Of a stretch of DNA of 64,000 bases, positions 31,812 through 42,150 are shown piece after piece. Position numbers and translations under genes: made by a program. How positions within the stretch are numbered: the first letter of the stretch is position 1; each line of letters opens with the position of its first letter. Below the pieces are notes generated by a model. It did not search any database and was not told where the DNA came from. It worked only from the letters and a program-made list of their open reading frames with translations. The stretch is from a bacterium (lineage in GTDB: Bacteria; UBP15; UBA6099): positions 16,424 through 80,423 of the forward strand of contig JAKQPS010000120.1 of NCBI GenBank assembly GCA_029564595.1, written 5' to 3'.

Positions 31812-31856
31812 GTCGGCGCGGGCGGATGTAGGAACGCGCCGGCGGTGTATAATGAG

Positions 31857-31964
31857 CACGAATCCGTCATTAGGATTCGGGGGCGATTTTTCGGTACGGA
31901 TAAATCGCGGGACGCAAGCCGCGTTTTTACAGTGGATAGAACATAGGGTTCATAAACAAAAAAA
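31857..31964 (+). repeat. About 105-bp repeated element, copy 1 (GAATCC-N7-GGATTC hairpin, then ATAGAACATAGGGTTCATAAACAAAAA)
   Basis: Shares both end motifs and their 65-bp spacing with 52938-53041; interior roughly 65 percent identical by eye. Confidence 0.55.
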
Positions 31965-32178
31965 GGGTGGCTCCCTCAAGTTGCTCTTGGGGGCGAGAAG
32001 CGGTTCGCCGCTATGAAAACCGCCCCGGTTCGTCGGCTCTATCGAGGAATCCGGTATAGTTGCGACATAGAGCATTGAAGCCCCTCTGGAATTGGCGCGC
32101 CGGTTGAAGTAGAATGATTTCGTAGAATCCATTTACTGGATTCCGGTTGGAAAAAGAGCAGCCGAAGGAACGCAAATA

Positions 32179-33534
32179 GTGAAAAAAAACGCTGTAGGGG
32201 GAGACCTGTTCAAAGCGCGGCTCGAAGAGAATCTCGAGCGGGCGCAGGCGCTCGCCACCCGCATGAGGCCCTCCAAGCTGGAAGACTTCGCCGGGCAGGA
32301 CCACCTTCTGGGCGAAGGCCGCCCCCTGCGCAAAATCCACGATTCGGGCATACTGGCCTCGATGGTGTTCTGGGGGCCTCCCGGAATTGGAAAAACCACG
32401 CTCGCCCGTATAATCGCCCGCCGCGCGGGCGCTCACTTTGAGGAATACAGCGCCGTCACTTCGAAAAAGGAAGATATCGTAAGAGTCGTCGCCGAGTCCG
32501 AAGACCGTCTCGCCGCTCACGACAAGCGCACGGTCATCTTCGTTGACGAGTTCCACAGATTCAACAAAGCCCAGCAGGACGCATTCCTGCCCCATCTGGA
32601 AAGCGGCCTGCTCACACTCATCGGGGCCACCACTGAAAATCCGTACTTCGTGCTCAATCCGGCGCTGCGATCGCGTCTTTCCATTTTTCGCTTCAACAGA
32701 CTGGACGCCGCCGCGATGACGCGGCTTGCGTTGCGAGCGGCAGAGACGGCGCGCGCCGCCGCCCTCCCCATGCCCCCCGCCATCCCGCAGGCCGCGCTCG
32801 ACGAGCTTCTGCTTTACTCCAACGGCGACGCACGCGTTATGCTGAACCTGCTGGAGTTGGCGGCGCGGGTCGCCGGAGCGGACGGCGAACTGTCCGCCGA
32901 CCTCGTGCGCGAGACCGCCGGGATGAGACAGCTAGACTACCAGCGGCTAGGCACGGACAGGTTCGACATGGTGTCGGCATTCATCAAGAGCATGCGCGGC
33001 TCGAACCCCGACGCGGCGCTGCACTGGATGACCCGTCTTCTGGCCGGAGGCGAGGCCCCTGAATTTATCTCCCGCAGAATGGTCATCTTTGCCGCGGAGG
33101 ACATCGGTTGCGCCGCCCCGAACGCCATCAACGTGGCCGCATCCGCCGTCCGCGCCGTCGAATTCGTGGGCATGCCAGAAGCCCGCATCCCTCTGGCCTT
33201 CTGCTGCGTCTACCTCGCCACATGCCCAAAAAGCAACGCCGCTTATTCCGCCCTCAAACTGGCCGAGGCCGACGTCCGCGACAAACCTCTCGGCCCAGTC
33301 CCTCTCCATCTGCGCAACTATGACTTCTCCGCCGAAAAAGAATCAGGAGACGAATACAAATACCCGCACGACTTTCCCGGACATCACATCGACGCCGATT
33401 ATTTCCCCGAAGAGATGTCAGGAACGGTTTATTACCGCCCAACCGAGCAGGGAAACGAAGCGGCTATCTCCCGGCGGCTCGATGCTTGGAGAGCAAAGAA
33501 AATAGAACCCACGGGCAACGCCAATGACGATTGA
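32179..33534 (+). CDS. rarA: Replication-associated recombination protein A (AAA+ ATPase RarA/MgsA)
   Basis: GTG start with GAAGGA RBS; Walker [12 protein letters not shown], Walker [13 protein letters not shown], sensor region; C-terminal RarA-specific domain. Confidence 0.9.
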   Translation: MKKNAVGGDLFKARLEENLERAQALATRMRPSKLEDFAGQDHLLGEGRPLRKIHDSGILASMVFWGPPGIGKTTLARIIARRAGAHFEEYSAVTSKKEDIVRVVAESEDRLAAHDKRTVIFVDEFHRFNKAQQDAFLPHLESGLLTLIGATTENPYFVLNPALRSRLSIFRFNRLDAAAMTRLALRAAETARAAALPMPPAIPQAALDELLLYSNGDARVMLNLLELAARVAGADGELSADLVRETAGMRQLDYQRLGTDRFDMVSAFIKSMRGSNPDAALHWMTRLLAGGEAPEFISRRMVIFAAEDIGCAAPNAINVAASAVRAVEFVGMPEARIPLAFCCVYLATCPKSNAAYSALKLAEADVRDKPLGPVPLHLRNYDFSAEKESGDEYKYPHDFPGHHIDADYFPEEMSGTVYYRPTEQGNEAAISRRLDAWRAKKIEPTGNANDD

Positions 33535-33604
33535 CAACAGAATATTCATGCTCAGCTAAACCTTATTTTTCGCAAGGGAAAGCCGGACTAAACCCTGATT
33601 CGGA

Positions 33605-35755
33605 CTAGATGACGCCGTCTTCGGCGAGAGCGTAGAGGACGAGTTTCTGGATGATTTTCTCTTTGCGGTCGGCGGGAGAATCCAGTTTCATGCGCTCTAG
33701 GTAAGGACGCGCGGCGGCGGGCGGCCTGAATGTTTTGCCTATCGCGGCTCCGGTCGGCCGGAACCCTTTTGGGGTCAGCCTCGCCTTCAGCCCGCGAAGC
33801 GCTTTTGCAAGCCCAAGCTCTTCCTTGGTCAGTTCCGTTCCGTACGGGAATGTGGGGAACAGGCCCTCTTTGATGAAAGGCTTGGCGAGGTTCGCCACTG
33901 CCTCCGGCAGATTGCCCCTGAAAGCCAGCGGTATCTGGTAGTCGGCGGGAACTTTGCTGTTCTCCTTTGCCTTTTTCAACAGCGCCTGCTGGAATCTTGA
34001 ATCTGTTATCTTGAGAATTTCTATGATTGTGTCGCGGTCGGTTTTTCCTCGGACGTCTGCGATGCCGTATTCGGTGACGAAGATGTCGCGCAGGTGGCGG
34101 GGGATGGTGAGGTTGCCGACGCTGAAGACGATGTTGGACTCCGGGCCGGAGGAGCCGGCGCGGACGCTTCGCACGACGATGATTGAGCGCGCTCCGGGAA
34201 TCTCGTGCCCCATAGACACGAAGTTAAACTGGCCGCCGACGCCGCTGATGACCTGATTATTGTCCAGCGTGTCGGAGGCGACGCCGCCGAGGACTGTAGC
34301 CATCATTGCTGTGTTGACGAAGCGGCCGTGCAGCCGTTGCAGGAGCTTCAGTTCGTCTTGTCCGGGAATCTGGTTGACGAAGCTTATCTCGCGCATCTTG
34401 ATTTCGCGGCGGCGGGCGTCGTCCATGTTCATCAACTGGTCGTAGAACCATCGAGAGCCGATGAAGAAGCCTGCGTGGATGAGAAGCCCGTTGGTTAGCT
34501 TGTCGCCAAGGCACTCGTTCACCACGCGGTTGCGGGCGACGATGTCCCGCATGTCGGCGGGAATTCTATCGCCGTTCGGCAACACTAGACAGCCGTCGTC
34601 CCACGCCACGTTGTCCTTAAAAATCCCGAACTTGCGCAGCGCGCGAAAAACTTCCTCGGTTATCCACGGGCCGATTATTCCCCGGTCGAGCAGCACGTTT
34701 ATGTTGTCGGCGGTGACTTCCTCGCCGATGACGCCTTCGTTGAGCAGGCTTTGAAGGATGGGATGATCGTAAACGCGGCGCTTGATGATGCCGCTGTCCA
34801 TGAGACGGATAAAGCCGTCGAAGATGAACTCGGAGCAGCCGTACAGCCCTTTCTCAAAAGGTTCCTCCCCGCCCACTTTCTGAATGATAGGCATGAACTT
34901 CTCGTCGACTTTCGTGTCTCTTACGATTCTTCTGTAAACATCGTTTTTCTCGTGCCGCAGTTGTAAGGCGTACACGATGGCGTCTGCCAGCGAGCCGAAG
35001 CCGACCTGAAAAGTGCCGCCGTCTTTGATGAGGGCGCTGACATGGAAACCGATGGAATAGTCGGTGACTGTTATCGGCTCTTTCGGAGGGGCGAAAATCG
35101 GGTGGTGGCCGGCGTCGCAGTCGAGTATGCCCGTGAATTCTTCAGGCGAACACTCACCGGCTCCGTACATGTAAGGCATGTTGCGGTTGACCTGAGCGAG
35201 GATGGCGACGTTGCGTCCGGCGGCTCGCGCCCGGTTCATGTCCCATAGCTGCATGACAGTGGCGTCCGCGTTGCTCCCTGTGCTGTGCTTGCCTGTTGCT
35301 GATTTTTCGGAGACCATGATAGCCATCGCGTTGCAACCGGCGGCCTCGATGTCTCTTGCGACATGCGTGTAGTTGCTGGACATGTAGCCCTGCTGCATGG
35401 CTGGTTTGCCAAGCCCGGTTCCCGGAGAAAGATAAATCTCCTGAAGGTCTACGTTGGCGGGAAGTTTCCCCGCGTGGGCGTCCCTCATGTACACCGGGTC
35501 GGGATAGCCGCCGAAGAGCCTTTCGGAGAGCGGCTGTATCAGCCTGCGCTCAATGTCGCTGTTCCATGCGGGCGTCTGCAGAGTAAGTCCGCTCATCATA
35601 GTAAGTTTGATGCTCGGATCGGCTTTCGCCCTTCTGTAGAATTCGTTCGCGATCACCGTGGGTTTGCCGACCGCTATCGGCAATCCGAGGATAATGTTTT
35701 TTCCGATGGTGGATATCGCGTCGTCCACAATTTTTTCGACGTCTTTGTAAATCAT
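33605..35755 (-). CDS. Acetyl-CoA hydrolase/transferase family protein (CoA-transferase)
   Basis: 716 aa; two-domain layout and glycine-rich segments typical of family I CoA-transferases / acetyl-CoA hydrolases (tentative family-level call). Confidence 0.7.
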   Translation of the reverse strand: MIYKDVEKIVDDAISTIGKNIILGLPIAVGKPTVIANEFYRRAKADPSIKLTMMSGLTLQTPAWNSDIERRLIQPLSERLFGGYPDPVYMRDAHAGKLPANVDLQEIYLSPGTGLGKPAMQQGYMSSNYTHVARDIEAAGCNAMAIMVSEKSATGKHSTGSNADATVMQLWDMNRARAAGRNVAILAQVNRNMPYMYGAGECSPEEFTGILDCDAGHHPIFAPPKEPITVTDYSIGFHVSALIKDGGTFQVGFGSLADAIVYALQLRHEKNDVYRRIVRDTKVDEKFMPIIQKVGGEEPFEKGLYGCSEFIFDGFIRLMDSGIIKRRVYDHPILQSLLNEGVIGEEVTADNINVLLDRGIIGPWITEEVFRALRKFGIFKDNVAWDDGCLVLPNGDRIPADMRDIVARNRVVNECLGDKLTNGLLIHAGFFIGSRWFYDQLMNMDDARRREIKMREISFVNQIPGQDELKLLQRLHGRFVNTAMMATVLGGVASDTLDNNQVISGVGGQFNFVSMGHEIPGARSIIVVRSVRAGSSGPESNIVFSVGNLTIPRHLRDIFVTEYGIADVRGKTDRDTIIEILKITDSRFQQALLKKAKENSKVPADYQIPLAFRGNLPEAVANLAKPFIKEGLFPTFPYGTELTKEELGLAKALRGLKARLTPKGFRPTGAAIGKTFRPPAAARPYLERMKLDSPADRKEKIIQKLVLYALAEDGVI

Positions 35756-35998
35756 TGAATTCCTCCGCAGGTGAACATCCCGTGCCGCTCCAAAATTGGA
35801 GCATATTATAAGCGCCGAAACGGTTTAAATAAAGCTTTCGCGCTCCGTTTTGAGCCGGGGCGGCGGTTTTCTTGACAAGCGCTCTTTAAGGTCATTACAT
35901 TAATTATGCGCGTCGGCGACTAAGGCTCGCTATAATTAGCTTCAGGAGCGACGTGCCGGGGCGGCTATGAGAAGCCGCTCTTACCGGCGATTGACATC

Positions 35999-37027
35999 AT
36001 GAATGTGAAGGGTTCGACAACCGCGCGCGCGGCAAGGTTCCTCGCGACGAACGCAGACGCCCTGTTCCTGCTGGCGGCGTGTTTCCTCGCGCTGACTCTG
36101 CTTCGCGAGCAGACGAATGTTCTCCACAAACAATGGAAAACGGCTATGTGGTCGGACGAAACGCTGCTTGAGCGCCCGTCTAAGTATTCGCATATTAGCG
36201 TGCTCAACATGCTGCCGCAGCCAATTAAGAAAGCGACGGCGAATGTGTTCTGGATACGAGCAATGTCTCTAAAAGCGGATCAAGCGTTCGAGATGCGAAA
36301 GGAGCAGGCGTCCGGGGCAAAGTTATCGGGGCTGATGGCGCAGGCGGGACTGTCGCGGACCACCGCCGATTCGATCGAGATGTATGAGCTTATCCGGATG
36401 GTGACGATTCTGGACCCCACATTCGAGTATGCCTATTACTACGGCTCCACCCTGCTGGCTTGGGACGAGGAACTGGAGCTGGCTTTCCTGCTTTCGGAAG
36501 CCGGACTGCGCAACAACCCCAAGTCGGCCATGATAGCTTCCAACCTGTCGTTCATGAGCTACTATTTCCGTGGCGACTGGGAGATGGGAGGCATGTACGC
36601 GGAAATATCCCATCGGAACTCCGGCAAGTATTCATCGTCCGTCGACGAGGTGGCCGACCTGTACGCCGCCGGGCGCAACTATGAGATGGCCATAGGTTTT
36701 CTGGCGGACTCCATCGAGAAGGCGAAAGACGATGCGACTCGCGTCCAGCTTCAGAACCAAGCCGGCATGATAATGGTGGAGATGCACATAGATGAGATAG
36801 ATAAGGCCGCCGTTTTTTTTGAGAGCATAAAGGGAAGAAGGCCGAGGGACGTCGAGGAGCTTGTGGCGGCGCGGCTGCTTTCAGAGGTTCCTCAGGAGCC
36901 TTTCGGCGGCGTTTACGTGATAACCGAGGAGGGCGCGACCAACAAGCCCGAAGTGCGGAACAAGCACTACAAGAGAATGAGAGAGTATCAGGCCGAGACT
37001 CCGAAAGGCGGCAGGAAAAGAATATGA
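35999..37027 (+). CDS. Membrane-anchored helical-repeat protein, first gene of ABC transporter operon
   Basis: 342 aa; N-terminal TM LFLLAACFLALTLL; helical repeat-like body; stop overlaps next ATG (ATGA). Start uncertain (no clear RBS). Confidence 0.5.
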   Translation: MNVKGSTTARAARFLATNADALFLLAACFLALTLLREQTNVLHKQWKTAMWSDETLLERPSKYSHISVLNMLPQPIKKATANVFWIRAMSLKADQAFEMRKEQASGAKLSGLMAQAGLSRTTADSIEMYELIRMVTILDPTFEYAYYYGSTLLAWDEELELAFLLSEAGLRNNPKSAMIASNLSFMSYYFRGDWEMGGMYAEISHRNSGKYSSSVDEVADLYAAGRNYEMAIGFLADSIEKAKDDATRVQLQNQAGMIMVEMHIDEIDKAAVFFESIKGRRPRDVEELVAARLLSEVPQEPFGGVYVITEEGATNKPEVRNKHYKRMREYQAETPKGGRKRI

Positions 37028-37767
37028 ACGCGCTCGAAATCTCAAATCTGAAAAAAACCTATAAAACCGGATTTTTGCGCAAAGAAACAGTCGCCGCCGT
37101 CAACGACCTTTCTTTTAATGTGCGGAAAGGCGAAATATACGGTTTCCTCGGCCCGAACGGCTCCGGAAAAACCACGACTCTTATGAGCGTGATGGGGTTC
37201 ATAACCCCGACATCGGGCAAGATTCTTGTTCTGGGAGACAGCCCCGGCTCGTCGAAAAGCCGCGAGCGGATCGGGTTCCTTCCTGACAACCCGGTACTCT
37301 ATCCGTATCTGTCGGGATACAACGCGCTGTATGTCGTAGGCCGGATGTTCCTGCTGTCTCACTCGGAGATAAACAAAAGAATCGGGGCGCTGGCGGACGA
37401 ACTCGGCATGGACAGGGAACTTCGCCTTCCGGTCGCCAAGCATTCCAGAGGAATGAGACAGAGGATAGGGTTCGCTCAGGCGCTGATTAACGACCCGGAA
37501 CTGCTGATTATGGACGAGCCGATGAACGGTTTGGACCCCATGGGCCGCAAGATGTTCAGGGACGTTATCATGAAACGGCGCGAGAAAGGCAAAACCGTCT
37601 TCTTCAGCTCTCACATACTGTCCGACATCGAGATGATATGCGACAGGATATGCGTGATCCGCGACGGCGGCATAATATATGAGAACACGATGAAGGGCAT
37701 ATCCGAAAGCAGGCCCGGAGAAACGCTGGAAGACATATTCATGTCCATGATGGGGAGCGAAAAATGA
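37024..37767 (+). CDS. ABC transporter ATP-binding protein
   Basis: Walker A GPNGSGKTT, signature HSRGMRQRIGFAQAL, Walker B LLIMDEP, H-loop. Confidence 0.9.
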   Translation: MNALEISNLKKTYKTGFLRKETVAAVNDLSFNVRKGEIYGFLGPNGSGKTTTLMSVMGFITPTSGKILVLGDSPGSSKSRERIGFLPDNPVLYPYLSGYNALYVVGRMFLLSHSEINKRIGALADELGMDRELRLPVAKHSRGMRQRIGFAQALINDPELLIMDEPMNGLDPMGRKMFRDVIMKRREKGKTVFFSSHILSDIEMICDRICVIRDGGIIYENTMKGISESRPGETLEDIFMSMMGSEK

Positions 37768-38531
37768 TAAGGAGAGCATTCTGGGTGTCGGCGGCCACAA
37801 TCGCCGAATTGCTGAAAGACCGAACGATAGCGGGCGTCTTTTTCGTCGGCGTGGCGATGATTTTCGGCGGCTACGTCGTGGCGGAGATGGCAGTGGTCGA
37901 GCGCATGAAGATGTTTGTCGACACCGGGGTCGGCGCGGTGTTCGTAGCCGGCGTTTTCATCACTCTGATGGCAGGCTCGAACCTGCTCGGCAGGGAAATC
38001 CGCGACAAAGAGATATTGTGCACGCTCTCCAAACCGCTCCCGCGCCCGGTATGGGTTGTGGGAAAAACCCTCGGCCTCCTCGTCGCTGTGGCCATCCTGA
38101 TTTTTTCGCTGGCGACCGTTCTGCTTTTCTACCTGAAGTTCCAGACCAATGTGTGGAAGCCGGAAATTTTCCTCGCTTGTTTTTTCATCTATCTTGAGAT
38201 GGTGATTCTGTGCAACTACATCGTGCTGTTCTCCTGCGTGACGACGCAGTATCTTTCGGTGTTTTCCGGGATACTGATCCTGCTGGCGGGAGGGATGGCG
38301 GACGACCTGAAAATATATTGGGACAGCGCGTCGCCGCTAGCGCAGGGGATGTCCCGGCTTTTATATTACGCGCTGCCGAATCTCGGCGCTTACTCTCCCG
38401 GCCCGGTCCTTTCAGGCTCGGTTTCGGTTCCCGCCAACCTGTTGTTCGCGATGGTTTTTTCAGCGGCGATGTACGTGGTTGTCGCCGTCACGCTGTCGGC
38501 GCTGGTCATCAGAAAGAAGGAGCTTGCTTGA
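37764..38531 (+). CDS. ABC-2 type transporter permease
   Basis: 255 aa with six hydrophobic segments; ATGA overlap with the ATPase gene. Confidence 0.7.
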   Translation: MIRRAFWVSAATIAELLKDRTIAGVFFVGVAMIFGGYVVAEMAVVERMKMFVDTGVGAVFVAGVFITLMAGSNLLGREIRDKEILCTLSKPLPRPVWVVGKTLGLLVAVAILIFSLATVLLFYLKFQTNVWKPEIFLACFFIYLEMVILCNYIVLFSCVTTQYLSVFSGILILLAGGMADDLKIYWDSASPLAQGMSRLLYYALPNLGAYSPGPVLSGSVSVPANLLFAMVFSAAMYVVVAVTLSALVIRKKELA

Positions 38532-39413
38532 ATGGAGCTTTCTGAGGGCAAGCGCTTTTCCGCCGTCCGGCTTGCGAGAAAAATCGCGCTATTCGCGTAT
38601 GGTTATTTTCTGCTTTATCTTTTCCGCGACGACATGATAAAACACTATCTTCACGAGAGATACCAACCGTTGACAGTTGGGGCGGCAGCGCTGCTTATAA
38701 CAGCGTCGATAGCATATTCCTCTGTGGAGCGGAGGAGCGGCGGTTGCGATGATAACCACGGCCACTCTCATTCCAAGCCGCGCGGGGGGGACTCTCTCGC
38801 GGCGCGCGCCGCCGCCGCGCTTTCTTTCGTTTTTATTCTTATCCCGGTCATTTTGGGATTCGCTTCTCCCGCGACGGTGCTCGGCTCGGCGAGCGGAATG
38901 ATGAAGAACAAAGGCGTTTTCTCAGCCACATCGTCTATGGTCGACGCAGACGCGCTGAGGAAACCTCATTCGTCGGATATGAAAATTGAAATCTCGACTG
39001 CAGACGGGACTAAACCGGAGGCAGTTTCATATTCTCCGATAAATCTTATGGAATTGCACATGCTGTTGAGCGGGGGCGGCGACGCGTTCGTCGGAGACAG
39101 GGTTGCCGTTCAGGGTTTCGTCTATGAAAGCGCCGAATCGGAAGAAGGCTTCTTTTCGCTTGTGCGATACGTAATCCCATGTTGCATAGTTCACGCGGTG
39201 GCGGTGTCTATGAAAGTGAGCGTCGGCTCTGCCGCCCCGCCCGCCAATGATCAGTGGGCGCGTGTTTATGGCGTGACGCGCAAGTTTGCGGAGCCTCGCG
39301 GCGACGGCCCGGAGAACATCTATTATATCGAGGCTGAAAAAATCGAAACCGCGGAAACTCCGACGGACCCTTATATTAACAGGAGCTATCTAAGAAAGCC
39401 GTTCATGTTCTAG
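38532..39413 (+). CDS. TIGR03943/DUF1980-like membrane protein (tentative)
   Basis: Two N-terminal TM helices, His-rich loop HGHSHSKP, C-terminal domain with conserved CC (VIPCCIVHAV); AAGGAG RBS in end of upstream gene. Confidence 0.5.
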   Translation: MELSEGKRFSAVRLARKIALFAYGYFLLYLFRDDMIKHYLHERYQPLTVGAAALLITASIAYSSVERRSGGCDDNHGHSHSKPRGGDSLAARAAAALSFVFILIPVILGFASPATVLGSASGMMKNKGVFSATSSMVDADALRKPHSSDMKIEISTADGTKPEAVSYSPINLMELHMLLSGGGDAFVGDRVAVQGFVYESAESEEGFFSLVRYVIPCCIVHAVAVSMKVSVGSAAPPANDQWARVYGVTRKFAEPRGDGPENIYYIEAEKIETAETPTDPYINRSYLRKPFMF

Positions 39414-39428
39414 TCCGCATTTTCACTG

Positions 39429-40376
39429 ATGTGGGCTGGAGAGGAGCGCGGGCGGGCGGAGCCTGCGGATGATTTGGAACAGTTGAGCGAATTCAGGTTG
39501 TTCTTCGTCGGGCTGATTGTGGAGACGACCCCCTTCATCGCGGTCGCCTCCCTCATGGCGTTCATCTTCGCCTTCGTGCCGCAGGACGCGTTCCGCAGGC
39601 TGTTCAGCGGAAACAAAATCGTGTCGATATTCATCGCGGCGGCGGCGGGGTTCGTGATTCCGCTGTGCGAATGCTCGATAGTTCCGATTGCCGCGCGGCT
39701 TGCCAGACGCGGACTTCCGCTTCCGGTCGCGGTTACTCTCATGGTCGCAGTCCCGTCCCTCAGCCCGATTGTGGTGGCGAGCACAAGCGTCGCGTTCTCG
39801 TCAGCTCCTCACATCATACATATCCGTTTCGCGGCAGGGTTCATACTTGCTGTGGCCACAGGACTGATTTTCCTTTTCCTTGACCGTGACGGAAAACTAT
39901 CGGCTCAACCATTCCCGGACGAACCCGAAAGGATGTGCGACTGCGCGGTTGAGAAGCCCGGAGGACTTTCTTTCGAGGAAAAAGTCAAAGCGGGGTTGGA
40001 CGACGCCGCCGGGGATTTCACCCGGATGATGGTCTACATCGTAGCCGCTTCCGCCATCGCTGCGGCAATCAAGTCGCTCGTCCCGGCGGACATTGTCAGC
40101 GCCGTCGGCGGCAACTCGATTGTCAGCGTCCCGGCTATGATGCTCTTCTCGTTTATTCTATCTACTTGTTCCGACGCCGACGCTTTCATCCCCGCCGCGA
40201 TGATTGGTTTCAGCGCCGCGTCGAAACTCTCGTTCATGCTCTTAGGCCCGGCGCTTGACCTCAAACTGTCTATCATGCATTTCTCGTTCCTGCCGCGCCG
40301 CGCCGCTGTTATTCTGATAATCGTCATCCCAGCGCTAGTCTTAGCCGCTTCGATTGTCGTCAGTCTGACAACCTGA
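39429..40376 (+). CDS. Predicted permease (COG0701/DUF318-like) with PLCECS motif (tentative)
   Basis: Multi-TM protein with PLCECSIVP motif; classic partner of TIGR03943 proteins. True start may be downstream of 39429. Confidence 0.5.
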   Translation: MWAGEERGRAEPADDLEQLSEFRLFFVGLIVETTPFIAVASLMAFIFAFVPQDAFRRLFSGNKIVSIFIAAAAGFVIPLCECSIVPIAARLARRGLPLPVAVTLMVAVPSLSPIVVASTSVAFSSAPHIIHIRFAAGFILAVATGLIFLFLDRDGKLSAQPFPDEPERMCDCAVEKPGGLSFEEKVKAGLDDAAGDFTRMMVYIVAASAIAAAIKSLVPADIVSAVGGNSIVSVPAMMLFSFILSTCSDADAFIPAAMIGFSAASKLSFMLLGPALDLKLSIMHFSFLPRRAAVILIIVIPALVLAASIVVSLTT

Positions 40377-41930
40377 TTATTTCGCCGCCGGAGCTGGCGA
40401 GCTTTCAGCTTTTCCCGTCGCCGCTTCATTCATAACTTCAAATATATGCGTGTTGTCAATCAGCCTTGTCCCCGGATACCAAGAGCCTTCGTGTTTCGTG
40501 AATATCTCGACTCCGGCCCCTTTCGCGTAGACGCTGACAAGTTCGTTAGTGTGCCCGCTCGTTGAATAAAAAACTTCTCCTCCGGGATACTCGCAGAGCG
40601 CGGCGACGCATTTCTGTTCTGGCAGGTCGCCGGGAGCGAGTTTCTTTTCCGGATTGAGCCTCATTAAGCTGTTGGCGTGGTCGGCGGTGACGATGAGCAG
40701 GGTGTTTTCCCAGTCGAGAGCGTTGTCCGGCCTGTCGATAAAATCTACCGCCGCGCGGACTGCCTCGTTCAGGTCCCACATCGCGCCGATCATCCAACTG
40801 AAATTGTTCGCGTGGTTCGCCCAGTCGATGTCTCCCTGCTCCGCCAAGAGAAAGAACCCGTTTTCATTCGACGAGAGGATTTCGAGAGCGGACAAGACGA
40901 CGTCGCGCAGAAGCGGGTTTTCGTGTGTCGCGCGGTCAATCGCGGGAGCGCCCGGCTCGTCTCTGGGAATGGGATGCTCGAAACTTCCGTCAGCCCCTCC
41001 GAACAGACCGAAGAGTTTTTTCCTTTCCGCCGCCGCCGTCGCCGCCGCATCATATAGGAGCGCCGCGCCGTCTTCCCCTGCCCGCCTCTCGACGAAAACG
41101 TATTCGCTTGAAGAACCCGCGCTTTCATACAATCCCTTAGAGATGTATCCCTTTGTGGTTTCCCATTTCGGATTGTTGAGCGAAGGATGGCCTCCGCCTA
41201 TGACGACATCCGGGCGGGTTACTGTCAGAATCTCGTCGGCTATGCCAAGACCGGAATAATTTTTAAAACCAGTGTAAAAGTTGTTCCTTCCCTTGTTGTG
41301 ACTCGAAAAAGACGCCGGGGTGGCATGGGAAAAAGGAACGGTTGACACTACTCCTATCGAGGCTCCGTTTGTTTCTCTCATGATTTCCGAAATCGATTTC
41401 AACTTCCCGTTTTCCGAGCCTTCGAAATCCCAAGCGATTCTTGATCGCTCCGTCTTAACGCCTGTGGACAACGCCGTTCCCGCCGAAGCGGAGTCAGTGG
41501 CCGGGCCTTTTCTTAAAAGCGGCGGAGTCTTCCTCGAATAATCGGGGAATAAGTATCTCAATCTTTCCTCCGTGTCCTCAGACAGCGGGGACGGCTCGGT
41601 TCCCGCCTTTTTCAGGTTGTAACCGTAGATGGGGTTGAAATTATCGGGATCGAAAGTCGGTTTTCCCTGCATGACCGCGTAAAGGTTGTACGTCGACTCG
41701 TCCCAAGTGGTGACGTAATTCTTATAAGGAAAATAATGCCACGCCAGCGAGAAGTCCGCGCCGAACAGATAATTGCTCGCGGCGACCTCGTGTTGAAGGT
41801 GCATACCGTCGCCTATGAAAAGGATGATGTTTTTCGCGGGAGCAGCAGTCGCCGCAGTCGCAGACAACCATAACAATGCGAGAGCGGCAACCAGCGCGCG
41901 CGTCTTTTTCAAAATCCCGGACATTCTCAT
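40377..41930 (-). CDS. Alkaline phosphatase family protein
   Basis: Signal peptide; active-site region TDSASAGTALSTG matches alkaline phosphatase serine motif D-S-A-x-x-x-T-A; metal-ligand-rich C-terminal part. Confidence 0.8.
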   Translation of the reverse strand: MRMSGILKKTRALVAALALLWLSATAATAAPAKNIILFIGDGMHLQHEVAASNYLFGADFSLAWHYFPYKNYVTTWDESTYNLYAVMQGKPTFDPDNFNPIYGYNLKKAGTEPSPLSEDTEERLRYLFPDYSRKTPPLLRKGPATDSASAGTALSTGVKTERSRIAWDFEGSENGKLKSISEIMRETNGASIGVVSTVPFSHATPASFSSHNKGRNNFYTGFKNYSGLGIADEILTVTRPDVVIGGGHPSLNNPKWETTKGYISKGLYESAGSSSEYVFVERRAGEDGAALLYDAAATAAAERKKLFGLFGGADGSFEHPIPRDEPGAPAIDRATHENPLLRDVVLSALEILSSNENGFFLLAEQGDIDWANHANNFSWMIGAMWDLNEAVRAAVDFIDRPDNALDWENTLLIVTADHANSLMRLNPEKKLAPGDLPEQKCVAALCEYPGGEVFYSTSGHTNELVSVYAKGAGVEIFTKHEGSWYPGTRLIDNTHIFEVMNEAATGKAESSPAPAAK

Positions 41931-42150
41931 TTTTCGCCTCCGTGTTTTGCCGCAGTTGCATTTTCAAATTAATTATACAGCTCGCGAATGAATTACATGT
42001 TAATTAAATATTATGTTTGTGTTAACTCAGAATTGCTAAGTTAAAAAAACGCTTTGAAGCTTATCTGCGCCTTTTCCCAATCCGCCGATTCAACGCGGAT
42101 TCGTCTATAGAGCGGACGAAGCGTGGCAATTTTCATAGCGGCGGATCGCG

